From: Candidatus Woesearchaeota archaeon
GTDB taxonomy: Archaea > Nanobdellota > Nanobdellia > SCGC-AAA011-G17 > JACPIM01
NCBI GenBank assembly: GCA_016188045.1
Contig: JACPIM010000002.1
Span: 108,737 to 172,736 of the forward strand
Direction: 5' to 3'
Length of the DNA stretch: 64,000 bases
The notes below the pieces were generated by a model. It saw nothing but the letters and a program-made list of their open reading frames with translations. It did no database searches and was not told where the DNA came from. Shown here one piece after another: positions 1-8,467 of the stretch (positions within the stretch are counted from its first letter, which is position 1; each line of letters begins with the position of its first letter). The position numbers and the translations under genes are program-made.

Positions 1-404
1 CCTAAGCTACTTCCAGTAACTTGAACAAAATAGTTTTCATCATTTAGTTTTATATTTAATATTTTTTCAAGTTTATTTTGTAATATGACGTCATCAACTT
101 TATCACTTCCAACTTCAACTACAAACCCAGATTGCTCATTTTCTATTCCTTCTATAGATCTAACCAAAACCTCATTTATAGAAAGTTCGTTTTTCAAACT
201 TTCAGCAATTTCATTAATGTTTACTTCTTTATCTAAATAAACAGTAGCACTAATTCCTCCCTTTAAAGAAACATCCTTGTACATTATATCCCCATTTTCA
301 GAATAAAAATTAATCATGAATAAAATGCCAAGAATAAACATTATTATTGGGATAACTAGTAAAATCTTATATCTTTTTTCATAAAACTCTTCAATTTTAC
401 TCAT
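1..404 (-). CDS. secF: Protein translocase subunit SecF, N-terminal part (runs off the window edge)
   Basis: Manual translation MSKIEEFYEKRYKILLVIPII...KDVSLKGG...VTGSSLG matches the archaeal SecF N-terminus; not in the ORF track. Confidence 0.8.
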   Translation of the reverse strand, partial: MSKIEEFYEKRYKILLVIPIIMFILGILFMINFYSENGDIMYKDVSLKGGISATVYLDKEVNINEIAESLKNELSINEVLVRSIEGIENEQSGFVVEVGSDKVDDVILQNKLEKILNIKLNDENYFVQVTGSSL

Positions 405-518
405 TCTTGATTGTTTTTTTCTAACATCCCCTTTATATATCTTGCTCTAGACCTTATTCTAAACACAAAAATTTATATATCTAAAATAGTCTTTTCTTAA
501 TAATTAAGAGGTGTATTC

Positions 519-3029
519 ATGTCTAAATCGCTTAAACTATTTTTGATAATATTCCTAATAGTTATATTTAATTCATTATTAGTCCTGGCCACAAAAGACC
601 CAATAGTAAATATTAGTTTAACAAAAACCGAATATGTCCAAAAAGACAAATTAATAGGAGATATAGTATTAACTTTCACAGATGAAGTGGAAGATAAAGA
701 ATTAGAAATAAGATTTGGGCAAAATTCAGATATAACCCCTTTATCCCAGATTCTTACCATCTTGGGCGAAAATTATGAAACAACACCAGGTAAAAAAGAA
801 TTAGTTCCATTGCAGCAACCAGATGATTCCATAACATTTCCTCCTTTAGTTCAAGAACTTGGAATTTCAGTTCCAAAAAATGCAGAAGACATTACAGCAG
901 TTGGAAACATTGGTGGCTGGGAATCCTTAGGTTCAGTTCCCAAATTTCCTTATTTAGATGTTGCCGGAGATGGTTTGATTGAGTGGTCTTACTTAGGTGA
1001 TTTATTAGGTTGGTCAAACATTATAAATTCAAATGACCTAGGAAGCGAAGCAGGTTTTGTCGATATACAAAATAAAGATGTTTTAGTATGCCAAAAGATC
1101 ACTTTAACTTCAAAAGTAAAAGCAGTTAATATTACAGCAAATTTTAAAGAGGTTTCATCAGGAGCAAAAGTTAAAGCCAGGTTATTAACAATGCCAGACA
1201 ATTCAAAAAAATCTTTTGGATCTTCAGATTGTGAGTTAAAAAAAGATAGCTATCAAACAAACCCTTATGGAAATTGTGTTATTACATTTGATGAAATTCC
1301 TAAAGTTAGGCAGGGAGATTATTTAGTTTGTATATTCCCAGAAGTTAGTGAGCCTACAACTACAACCACGACTCCAACTACAATTACTTTTTTTAAAATA
1401 GCAAAAGACAATAGGCAAACACAAAAATCTTATATTTGCACCCACAAACCAGAAGGTTATTCAGAATGCAATACAAATAATAATTATAATCACATAATCA
1501 AAGTGTCATTACCTATTTATAATGGTTCTTTAGATAGCAGCAGTATTCCGTTTAGCGAAGGAATTACAGAAGCAAACCTGAATAAAAGTATAAAAAATTA
1601 TCTTTCCTCTTCAGCTTGCCAGGATGATGACACAAGATGCATAGTTCCAATTGAAGTTGGTTCACAAACACCAGGAAGGTTATTTTTCAATGGATTCTCA
1701 ATAAAAATAAGGCGGCAAGGCATAGCAGAAGAAGCTTTAATGCAAAAATTAAGAAGCTTGTCTGACACAATAACAAAGATAGATTCAAAAAGCCTATCAA
1801 ATAACGAAGTAAAAGTTTCCATTCCAATAAGGAGCTTTTATAATTTCACAACACCACAAGTTACAACTTTACAAACCATTCCTTTAGAAGTCCGTTACGG
1901 TTCCTCCAGGGCAGTAGAACTAATAGAAATTTCTCCGTCATTATTAACAGGAAAAAAAGAGGTTAATACAACTATCTCAGAAACTTTAGATTTACTAGAT
2001 TCATATTCAAATACAGAGACAAAAGATTTGCTAAATAAAGTTAATATAAATATAGATTCATTAAAAACACAATTTTTAGCAATAAGAACAAGATTAAACA
2101 CAATAGAATCAAACAGCACAAAAACCCAGGTAGAAAAAGACAGGGAAAAACTAACCATATTAAGTGAAGTTGAAAATTTAAAAAAATCAGTTCCTCGCTA
2201 TTTTTATTTAGGTGATAAAGCATTCAACTTGCCTTCAATACCCCCATCTCAGACAGATATAAGTTCTTCTATATTAGGAAATCAAGCTTCAGATAATATA
2301 AAGGAATACATCTTAAGTTTACAAAGGTCAATATCAGTTTCATCAAATGCCAAGGCCTTTTCATTAAAAACATTTGGAAATCAATCTCATGATTACACAA
2401 TGATCACAAGAGTAGTTGCTGGAGCTCCAAGTGATGCTTTTATAGTTGATTTTATTCCGAAAGCAATAGCACAATCTTCTGTAGATTTAGTCCTAGATCA
2501 GTCTATAGAAATTTTAGAATCTGATCCAATAATAAAAAAACAATTATCTTCAGGTTCTGGAACCTTTTCTTACATGGCGAAAGGGAATATAATAGACCAA
2601 ATAACAGATATTAACACCCTGGTTGTTAGTTTAGCCAATGCTCCTTCAGGAACTCCAACAAGATCTGCTTCATACACAAATGTCGAATGTGGCAATAATA
2701 TTTGTGATGTTCCGTTGGAAGATGAAAAAGTATGCCCAGAAGACTGCAAGCCAAAAAGAAACTGGACTTTAATTATAATAGCGTTAGCTGTTTTTGTTTT
2801 GGGCGTTTTTTATATTAACTTTTACAAAGGCCCGGGAAACATTCAAAAATTCCTTACTCAGGTAAAAGAAAGATTATTTCATGTAGAATCAGATAAAGCT
2901 AATTTAATTAATTACATCAAAAGAGCAGCAAAACATAAATCAAAAACAGAAATTGTAAATATTTTGTTTTCAAAAGGATGGACTAGAGAGCAGATAGAAG
3001 AAGCATTCAAAGAAGCATTGAAAAAATGA
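519..3029 (+). CDS. Large secreted, C-terminally membrane-anchored surface protein
   Basis: Signal peptide, poly-Thr linker, CGNNICD...CPEDC box before a C-terminal TM helix, short cytoplasmic tail. Confidence 0.75.
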   Translation: MSKSLKLFLIIFLIVIFNSLLVLATKDPIVNISLTKTEYVQKDKLIGDIVLTFTDEVEDKELEIRFGQNSDITPLSQILTILGENYETTPGKKELVPLQQPDDSITFPPLVQELGISVPKNAEDITAVGNIGGWESLGSVPKFPYLDVAGDGLIEWSYLGDLLGWSNIINSNDLGSEAGFVDIQNKDVLVCQKITLTSKVKAVNITANFKEVSSGAKVKARLLTMPDNSKKSFGSSDCELKKDSYQTNPYGNCVITFDEIPKVRQGDYLVCIFPEVSEPTTTTTTPTTITFFKIAKDNRQTQKSYICTHKPEGYSECNTNNNYNHIIKVSLPIYNGSLDSSSIPFSEGITEANLNKSIKNYLSSSACQDDDTRCIVPIEVGSQTPGRLFFNGFSIKIRRQGIAEEALMQKLRSLSDTITKIDSKSLSNNEVKVSIPIRSFYNFTTPQVTTLQTIPLEVRYGSSRAVELIEISPSLLTGKKEVNTTISETLDLLDSYSNTETKDLLNKVNINIDSLKTQFLAIRTRLNTIESNSTKTQVEKDREKLTILSEVENLKKSVPRYFYLGDKAFNLPSIPPSQTDISSSILGNQASDNIKEYILSLQRSISVSSNAKAFSLKTFGNQSHDYTMITRVVAGAPSDAFIVDFIPKAIAQSSVDLVLDQSIEILESDPIIKKQLSSGSGTFSYMAKGNIIDQITDINTLVVSLANAPSGTPTRSASYTNVECGNNICDVPLEDEKVCPEDCKPKRNWTLIIIALAVFVLGVFYINFYKGPGNIQKFLTQVKERLFHVESDKANLINYIKRAAKHKSKTEIVNILFSKGWTREQIEEAFKEALKK

Positions 3030-4726
3030 GACTAAAAATTTTAATATTATTTTTATTAATAATTAATATAGCAAGCGTTAGTGCTCTTTTAACAGTTCCT
3101 TTTAAACCGTGCAGCGAATCCTATTACAAACAATTATGGGAAACAATACTTAAAGAGCCATACGATACAATAAAGCCAGCAATTTATCATGAAGGACCAG
3201 ATATAAATGGAAACTGTTCAAATTTCGATCTTAGTTTAGTTAAATCAACTTCAAACTATAAAGAAGTTTATTTTTTATTAGTAACAATCTCAAATGCAGA
3301 TGAAAAAAGATTAATAGCTGGAAATTTCCAGATTTCAGATCCAGAAAATGAATGGATTTTACCAACTGATTTTCAACAAAGATATTATACCTATTTTTTG
3401 CCAGGATTTGATATAAGAGACAGAACTACAGTATTAACAACAAAAGAAGATGCAAAGATAGAGCATGAAAGATATCTAAAAGGTTTAACAAATTTAAATC
3501 AATGGATCGTTCCTTCAGGATTGGCAGGGGATTTTACTTATGAAGATATTTTACTTCAAAATCAAATTGAAAAAAGAGAAAGAGTTGAAATCGACAAAAG
3601 ACAAAGATATTTAATTTACAAATACTCAGAATCAAACCTTGCTTCAGACACATCAACAACTACATCTTCCTCTACCTCATCAACATCAGCAGTAATATGT
3701 TCTAAAGGAGAAATAAGAAGTTGTCCCTTGCCTGGCATATGTTCTTTAGGTTCACAAACATGTATTAACAATTATTGGTCAGATTGTTCAATAGGCCCAA
3801 GAAAAGAAACCTGTTTTGATAAACTAGACAATAACTGTGATGGTATAGTGGATGAAAATTGCATATGTAAGGAAGGTTCAACTAAGTCCTGCGGTCCAGG
3901 AATTGGAATTTGTAACCAAGGAACACAAATATGTGCAAATGGAACCTGGTCTCAATGCCAAAACACAATCCAGCCATTAAATGAATCCTGCTCAAACCTA
4001 TTAGATGATGATTGTGATGGTCTAATAGATATACTAGACCCAGATTGTAAACAGCCACCAGTTATTAATCTATGTAATAATAATAAAACAGATTTTGATG
4101 AAACCGGCATTGACTGTGGTGGTTCTTGTTCTCCTTGTTATTCATGTACAGATGGAAAATTAAATCAGGGGGAAACAAAAGTTAATGTTGTAATAGATGC
4201 AACAGGCAAAAAATCAGATTGCGGAGGTTCAAATTGTCCTGCTTGTCCAACTTGTAATGATAACATAAAAAATCAAGATGAGCTAGGTGTAGATTGTGGT
4301 GGCTCTTGTTCAAAAAGTTGTGATGAGTTAAAGGATTCTGATGGTGATGGTGTAACAGACGCTCGCGAATTATCAATAGGAACAGATCCAAGTTTAATGG
4401 ATACAGATAATGACGGTCTTGATGACTTGCAGGATACAATGCCTCTTTGTCCAAATAAGCAATGCAATACAAATTTCAGGGAAGATCCAGATACCTGTCC
4501 GCAAGATTGTAGTTCAATACCAGTTTTTCCAATAATAGTAGTATTTTTTATATTTATTCCAGGAATAGGTTTATTATTATACTTTTTAATCAAAAGACAA
4601 AATAAAACAAAAAAGCAACAAGGACAACAAGTTTTTAAAATACATCCTTCTTTTCTAAAATCTCAGGAAAGAAAAACAAGAGCGGATAAAGTAACAGAAG
4701 AACTTAAAAAGATTAAAGGGAATTGA
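3026..4726 (+). CDS. Cys-rich surface protein with DNNCDG/DCGG and Ca-binding DxDxDG repeats
   Basis: Signal peptide; ETCFDKLDNNCDG, ETGIDCGG, DSDGDG and DTDNDG repeats; CPQDC box then TM; ATGA overlap with the upstream gene. Confidence 0.8.
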   Translation: MRLKILILFLLIINIASVSALLTVPFKPCSESYYKQLWETILKEPYDTIKPAIYHEGPDINGNCSNFDLSLVKSTSNYKEVYFLLVTISNADEKRLIAGNFQISDPENEWILPTDFQQRYYTYFLPGFDIRDRTTVLTTKEDAKIEHERYLKGLTNLNQWIVPSGLAGDFTYEDILLQNQIEKRERVEIDKRQRYLIYKYSESNLASDTSTTTSSSTSSTSAVICSKGEIRSCPLPGICSLGSQTCINNYWSDCSIGPRKETCFDKLDNNCDGIVDENCICKEGSTKSCGPGIGICNQGTQICANGTWSQCQNTIQPLNESCSNLLDDDCDGLIDILDPDCKQPPVINLCNNNKTDFDETGIDCGGSCSPCYSCTDGKLNQGETKVNVVIDATGKKSDCGGSNCPACPTCNDNIKNQDELGVDCGGSCSKSCDELKDSDGDGVTDARELSIGTDPSLMDTDNDGLDDLQDTMPLCPNKQCNTNFREDPDTCPQDCSSIPVFPIIVVFFIFIPGIGLLLYFLIKRQNKTKKQQGQQVFKIHPSFLKSQERKTRADKVTEELKKIKGN

Positions 4727-4746
4727 TAAGAACCGTAGGTGCTTAT
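4725..4746 (+). repeat. GNA-triloop hairpin repeat copy (ATAAGAACC-GTA-GGTGCTTAT)
   Basis: Imperfect stem preceded by ATTG; resembles copies at 5169, 5265, 8403 and 10282. Confidence 0.55.
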
Positions 4747-4990
4747 GATGGCAGAAGAAAAAATTGATATACTAGAAGGAGCAATTAAAATAGAATTAAA
4801 AGCAGGAAGAAAATGTAGTTTTTGTACTTGTGGGCATAGTAAGAAAATACCCTATTGTGATGATTCTCATAAAAAAATAAATGAGGAACAAGGAACTAGC
4901 TATAAACCATTTAAGATAATACCAGAAAAAGATTGCACCCTCTGTGTTTCTTCAAGCAATTGGCCAAATCAAAAAAATAAAAGTTTATAA
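4739..4990 (+). CDS. CDGSH-type [2Fe-2S] domain protein
   Basis: CTCGHSKKIPYCDDSH motif; the true start may be one of the downstream ATGs. Confidence 0.85.
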   Translation: MLMMAEEKIDILEGAIKIELKAGRKCSFCTCGHSKKIPYCDDSHKKINEEQGTSYKPFKIIPEKDCTLCVSSSNWPNQKNKSL

Positions 4991-5017
4991 ACTAATTTTC
5001 TAAGGATTATTCTTAAT

Positions 5018-5110
5018 GCGCCGATAGTTTAGTGGTTAGAATCTCGGCCTTCCAAGCCGATGACCTGAGAAACAGTATACTGTTCAGGATTTCAAATCTC
5101 AGTCGGCGCA
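5018..5110 (+). tRNA. tRNA-Gly(TCC) with a 21-nt intron at position 53/54 (5070-5090)
   Basis: Acceptor stem GCGCCGA/TCGGCGC, anticodon loop CTTCCAA, T-stem CTGAG/CTCAG; intron forms a BHB with central helix CCTG/CAGG. Confidence 0.93.
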
Positions 5111-5131
5111 GATTCTATTAAAATTAAAAAA

Positions 5132-5305
5132 CGGGCCTGATCGGACTTTCATTAAGTCTTGCAGGTTGATAAGGATGCAATCCTTATTTTTGAACCGACA
5201 ACCCCAAGCTAAATCCTAGGATTAGGACGCTTGTGCTCTATTTACTTAATAAGTTTGCAGGTTGATAAGGATGCAATCCTTATTTCCAAGTTGAGCTACA
5301 GGCCC
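5132..5305 (-). tRNA. tRNA-Arg(CCT) with three introns: 19/20 (5242-5285, 44 nt), 37/38 (5211-5222, 12 nt) and 59/60 (5146-5188, 43 nt)
   Basis: Removing the three segments gives a 75-nt cloverleaf GGGCCTG...GGATAGAGC...GTCCTAA...TTCAAAT...CAGGCCCG; each junction has a BHB-like 4-bp helix (ACTT/AAGT, GTCC/GGAT, TTCA/TGAA); A20 fits Arg identity. Confidence 0.88.
5159..5285 (+). repeat. Identical 31-bp direct repeat (5159-5189 and 5255-5285) forming the cores of two tRNA introns
   Basis: TTGCAGGTTGATAAGGATGCAATCCTTATTT occurs twice. Confidence 0.95.
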
Positions 5306-5338
5306 ATAAAGTATATCTTTTTATTTTTATATATAAAA

Positions 5339-7117
5339 CTATAGGTTGCGGAGCTTTTGTAAATAAGGAATTAGAAATCTGCTCCAAGTTTCATATTTTT
5401 TAGTATAATCTGGATCGCCAACCAAGTCAGGAATAGCAATCATTTTCCCAGAAACAATTGAGGCCTCTTTTGGCCTTACAGTCCCATTAGTATGCATAGT
5501 AAAAACCAATCCAAAATGAACTGTATCAACTTCTTTATCATAAGCCATAAGAGTTCCAACTAATTTTGATCTAGTAATCTCACCCAGCATTTCAACCTCT
5601 TCCTCCATAACTTCTCTTTCTAAACATCTTTCAACATATCTTGGACCATCAGCTTTGATGATATGACCACCAGGACCTACAGAATGTTTTCCAAATAACC
5701 TTTCATCACCATAATCCTTGATATCTTTTGATCTAACATACGAAAATACATTTCCATTAGAATCAAATATTACAATATAAGGGATTGGTTGCAATACTTC
5801 AGTATCAAATTCACAATCATATCTAGATTGAAAAAATCCATCTTCTATATCTTTATTTAATCTCTTAGCCTCTTCTTCTGTTATAAACTCAAGACCTTCT
5901 TTAGTTCTTCTATGCTCCATTAAAATTCTGGCATCCTGCACTAATACCATTCTATCAAGTTTTTTATAATTTTTAGCAGCAAAAGCAAAATCAAATCGCC
6001 TAAAATGTTTTGAAGGTCTTGAACCAACCTGGTCCTGGTAATGAGAACCTATATCTACCCCATAAAACTTATCTGGCATTCCAGTTCTAAAAATATCTAA
6101 TTTACTAATAGGCATACCATCTTGTATTTCAATATTAGACAACTCGTCTGATCTCACTTCATAGACGAGAGCACCAAAAAAACGATTATCCACATAGCCC
6201 GAGAGGTGTAATGGCCCGGTAAAACCCACATGAGAATGGCTTTTTAGTTCCATATTAAGATGATCTGGTACTTTTATAACTTCCCTAGATGAAAGCAAAT
6301 AGTGTTCTGATCTGTTAATCATAATTTTACTACCTTTCAAAGGTTCAAAAAAATCTTCCGCCTTGTACTCTCCTTCCTTACTTAAGTCAATTGGTGTTGG
6401 GTTATGCCTAGCTCTAAGTCCGGTAATACCCCAGGTATGTTTTCCCTGCAAGTCAACATGAACTAAAACCGTATCAGTTATAATAGGTTCAACCGGTACC
6501 AATTCATCCTTTTCTTCTACAAATAAGAAGGGGTTTATCTTAAATTCTTCAACTATCTCAGCTGAAGTTAATTGTGAACAAGAACCAATATGAAATCTCA
6601 ATTGATTTAATGAAATACCAGGATATAATATAAGATTAAACGCTAAAGGTTGCAATAGTAACCAAAGCATTAATTCAGAATCAGATTTATACTGAGAATT
6701 TATCTCATCAAAAGAAGGATTATAATCGGCAAGCAGTCTCGTATTTAAGAATAATCTACCCAAACTGCTTTTTGGTGAAGATTTTATATACTCACTAGCA
6801 CTAAGAACAACTCTCTCTTCTAAAGGAACTAAATAAGAATAACCTCTTTTTATCTCAAAACCACCACTAATTTTAACTTTGGGTCTTTGTCCGCCAGGAA
6901 GTTGTAGAAGAGTTCTACGAACGGTTTCATTTATTTGTGGCCTAAATAACCAATTAGTTTCGGTTAGAATATATAACTCATCACTAACAACAGGATCAAA
7001 TGAAGAAGGTTGAATTCTAGATTCATCGACTCTAGGAGTAACTATTCTTTTATTAATAATCCGATCTCTAATATCTTGCGATGGCAAACAAAAACCCATT
7101 TTATTATCCAAAGACAT
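5339..7117 (-). CDS. dcd: dCTP deaminase (dUTPase-fold, duplicated-domain type) fused to a C-terminal NUDIX-like domain
   Basis: IQPSSFD, SPKSSLGRL and GYVDNRFFG motifs; C-terminal LQPIPY...GGHI...LEREVMEE...VHFG resembles COG4112 NUDIX proteins. Confidence 0.8.
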   Translation of the reverse strand: MSLDNKMGFCLPSQDIRDRIINKRIVTPRVDESRIQPSSFDPVVSDELYILTETNWLFRPQINETVRRTLLQLPGGQRPKVKISGGFEIKRGYSYLVPLEERVVLSASEYIKSSPKSSLGRLFLNTRLLADYNPSFDEINSQYKSDSELMLWLLLQPLAFNLILYPGISLNQLRFHIGSCSQLTSAEIVEEFKINPFLFVEEKDELVPVEPIITDTVLVHVDLQGKHTWGITGLRARHNPTPIDLSKEGEYKAEDFFEPLKGSKIMINRSEHYLLSSREVIKVPDHLNMELKSHSHVGFTGPLHLSGYVDNRFFGALVYEVRSDELSNIEIQDGMPISKLDIFRTGMPDKFYGVDIGSHYQDQVGSRPSKHFRRFDFAFAAKNYKKLDRMVLVQDARILMEHRRTKEGLEFITEEEAKRLNKDIEDGFFQSRYDCEFDTEVLQPIPYIVIFDSNGNVFSYVRSKDIKDYGDERLFGKHSVGPGGHIIKADGPRYVERCLEREVMEEEVEMLGEITRSKLVGTLMAYDKEVDTVHFGLVFTMHTNGTVRPKEASIVSGKMIAIPDLVGDPDYTKKYETWSRFLIPYLQKLRNL

Positions 7118-7153
7118 ATTAGACCAAACTTTACTATCATTGTTTAAATAGAT

Positions 7154-7200
7154 TTATGTTTGCAAAAGTTATATTCTTAATATAATAATTAAAATTGCAG
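7154..7200 (+). repeat. 47-bp direct repeat, copy 1 (flanks the fic gene)
   Basis: 43/47 identical to 8420-8466. Confidence 0.85.
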
Positions 7201-7306
7201 CTTAACCTTTCACCTAATAATACTCAAAATCCCATACATTGATACTTAGAGTTAATTAATCATATGCGTAACTCAAATATCAACGTTATTACTTTTCAAT
7301 ATGAAT

Positions 7307-7411
7307 ATGGGCACATAATAAATTTTATAAAACTTGTGCCCACATAATATCAGCTTCTTAATAACACAACTATATGGGCACAAATAGATATATTTATAAA
7401 TATGTGCCCAT
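7307..7411. promoter_or_regulatory. Two tandem inverted-repeat units TGGGCACA-N19/20-TGTGCCCA, each bracketing a TTTATAAA TATA-like box
   Basis: Half-sites at 7307-7315, 7335-7342, 7374-7382 and 7403-7411, upstream of fic. Confidence 0.65.
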
Positions 7412-7421
7412 ACTAATAATT

Positions 7422-8348
7422 ATGGTATATCACGAAATTAGGGTTGTAAAAGGAAAGAAGCAAAATTACTTAGTTTATAATAGAAGAAAAAATGGAAAAT
7501 GGCTCAAGAAGAGTAGATTTATTGGAACAGGCAACATACCGCAACAAGAAATAAAAAGATTAAAAGAAGAATTTGAAATTAAAACAATAGCAAGCTACCA
7601 ATTTGATTATCTTAGTAAAGAGCAGGTTTTAGAAATAGAAAAGCTAAAACAAGAGTATAACAAAAAAATAAGTTCTTTAACTAAAGAGGAATTTGAACAA
7701 TTTGAAACCTCTTTTTTTACAGAATTAACTTATAACAGCAATGCAATTGAAGGCAGTTCTTTATCTTTGCAAGAAACATCATTAGTGATTAATGAAAATC
7801 TCGTGCCGGAAGGAAAAACATTAAGAGAGATATATGAAGCAAAAAACCACAGAAAAGCGTTAGATTTCATTAAGGAATATAGCGGGGAGTTAAGCGAAGA
7901 ATTTATACTAAAACTTCATGCCATTGTTCTAAGGGATATTTCTGAAAGATTTGCTGGAAGATATAGGGAAACTACCGTAAGGATTTTTGGAAGTGATGTT
8001 AAATTTCCTGATTCGGCAGTTGTTCCCCAACTAGTCAAGAATTTAGTCTATTGGTATAACAAAAATAAAAAGAGATATCATCCATTTGAAATGGCGGCAA
8101 TATTCTCTATGAAACTTGTTTCAATACATCCATTTGTAGATGGTAATGGAAGGATTTCAAGGTTGGTTATGAACTTTATCTTAAAAAAGAGGAGATATCC
8201 ATGGATTAATATTTATAATAAGCAGAGGGCAGAGTATCTTAAAGCAGTAAGAAAAGCAAACAATGAAGAGTACAAAGAAATATTATCTTTTTTAATCAAA
8301 AGTTTGAAAGAAAATTTGAAAGATCTTGGGATCACAACAGATCTCTAA
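7422..8348 (+). CDS. Fic-family AMP-transferase (class II, with N-terminal inhibitory motif)
   Basis: HPFVDGNGRISR catalytic motif and SNAIEG inhibitory motif; start placed downstream of the TATA box. Confidence 0.9.
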   Translation: MVYHEIRVVKGKKQNYLVYNRRKNGKWLKKSRFIGTGNIPQQEIKRLKEEFEIKTIASYQFDYLSKEQVLEIEKLKQEYNKKISSLTKEEFEQFETSFFTELTYNSNAIEGSSLSLQETSLVINENLVPEGKTLREIYEAKNHRKALDFIKEYSGELSEEFILKLHAIVLRDISERFAGRYRETTVRIFGSDVKFPDSAVVPQLVKNLVYWYNKNKKRYHPFEMAAIFSMKLVSIHPFVDGNGRISRLVMNFILKKRRYPWINIYNKQRAEYLKAVRKANNEEYKEILSFLIKSLKENLKDLGITTDL

Positions 8349-8402
8349 ATCCATAGCCCCTAGTTTTATTATTGTTATCTAAGAAGGTTCATTAGGAAGA
8401 TG

Positions 8403-8423
8403 ATAGGAAACGTAGTTTCTTAT
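8403..8423 (+). repeat. GNA-triloop hairpin repeat copy (ATAGGAAAC-GTA-GTTTCTTAT)
   Basis: 9-bp stem with one G-T pair, preceded by GGAAGATG. Confidence 0.7.
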
Positions 8424-8466
8424 GTTTGCAAAAATTATATTCTTAATATAACAATCAAAATTACAG
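8420..8466 (+). repeat. 47-bp direct repeat, copy 2
   Basis: 43/47 identical to 7154-7200. Confidence 0.85.
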
Positions 8467-8467
8467 A

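Noticed and set aside
5159-5285. 31-bp palindromic direct repeat resembling a two-repeat CRISPR array
   Set aside because: Only two copies, the intervening DNA is largely tRNA exon, both copies lie in BHB introns, and no cas genes are present
5339-7117. dCTP deaminase as the known antiphage dCTP deaminase (AvcD-type)
   Set aside because: That family is a Zn-dependent deaminase with a kinase domain; this protein has dUTPase-fold DCD motifs and no HAE/PCxxC
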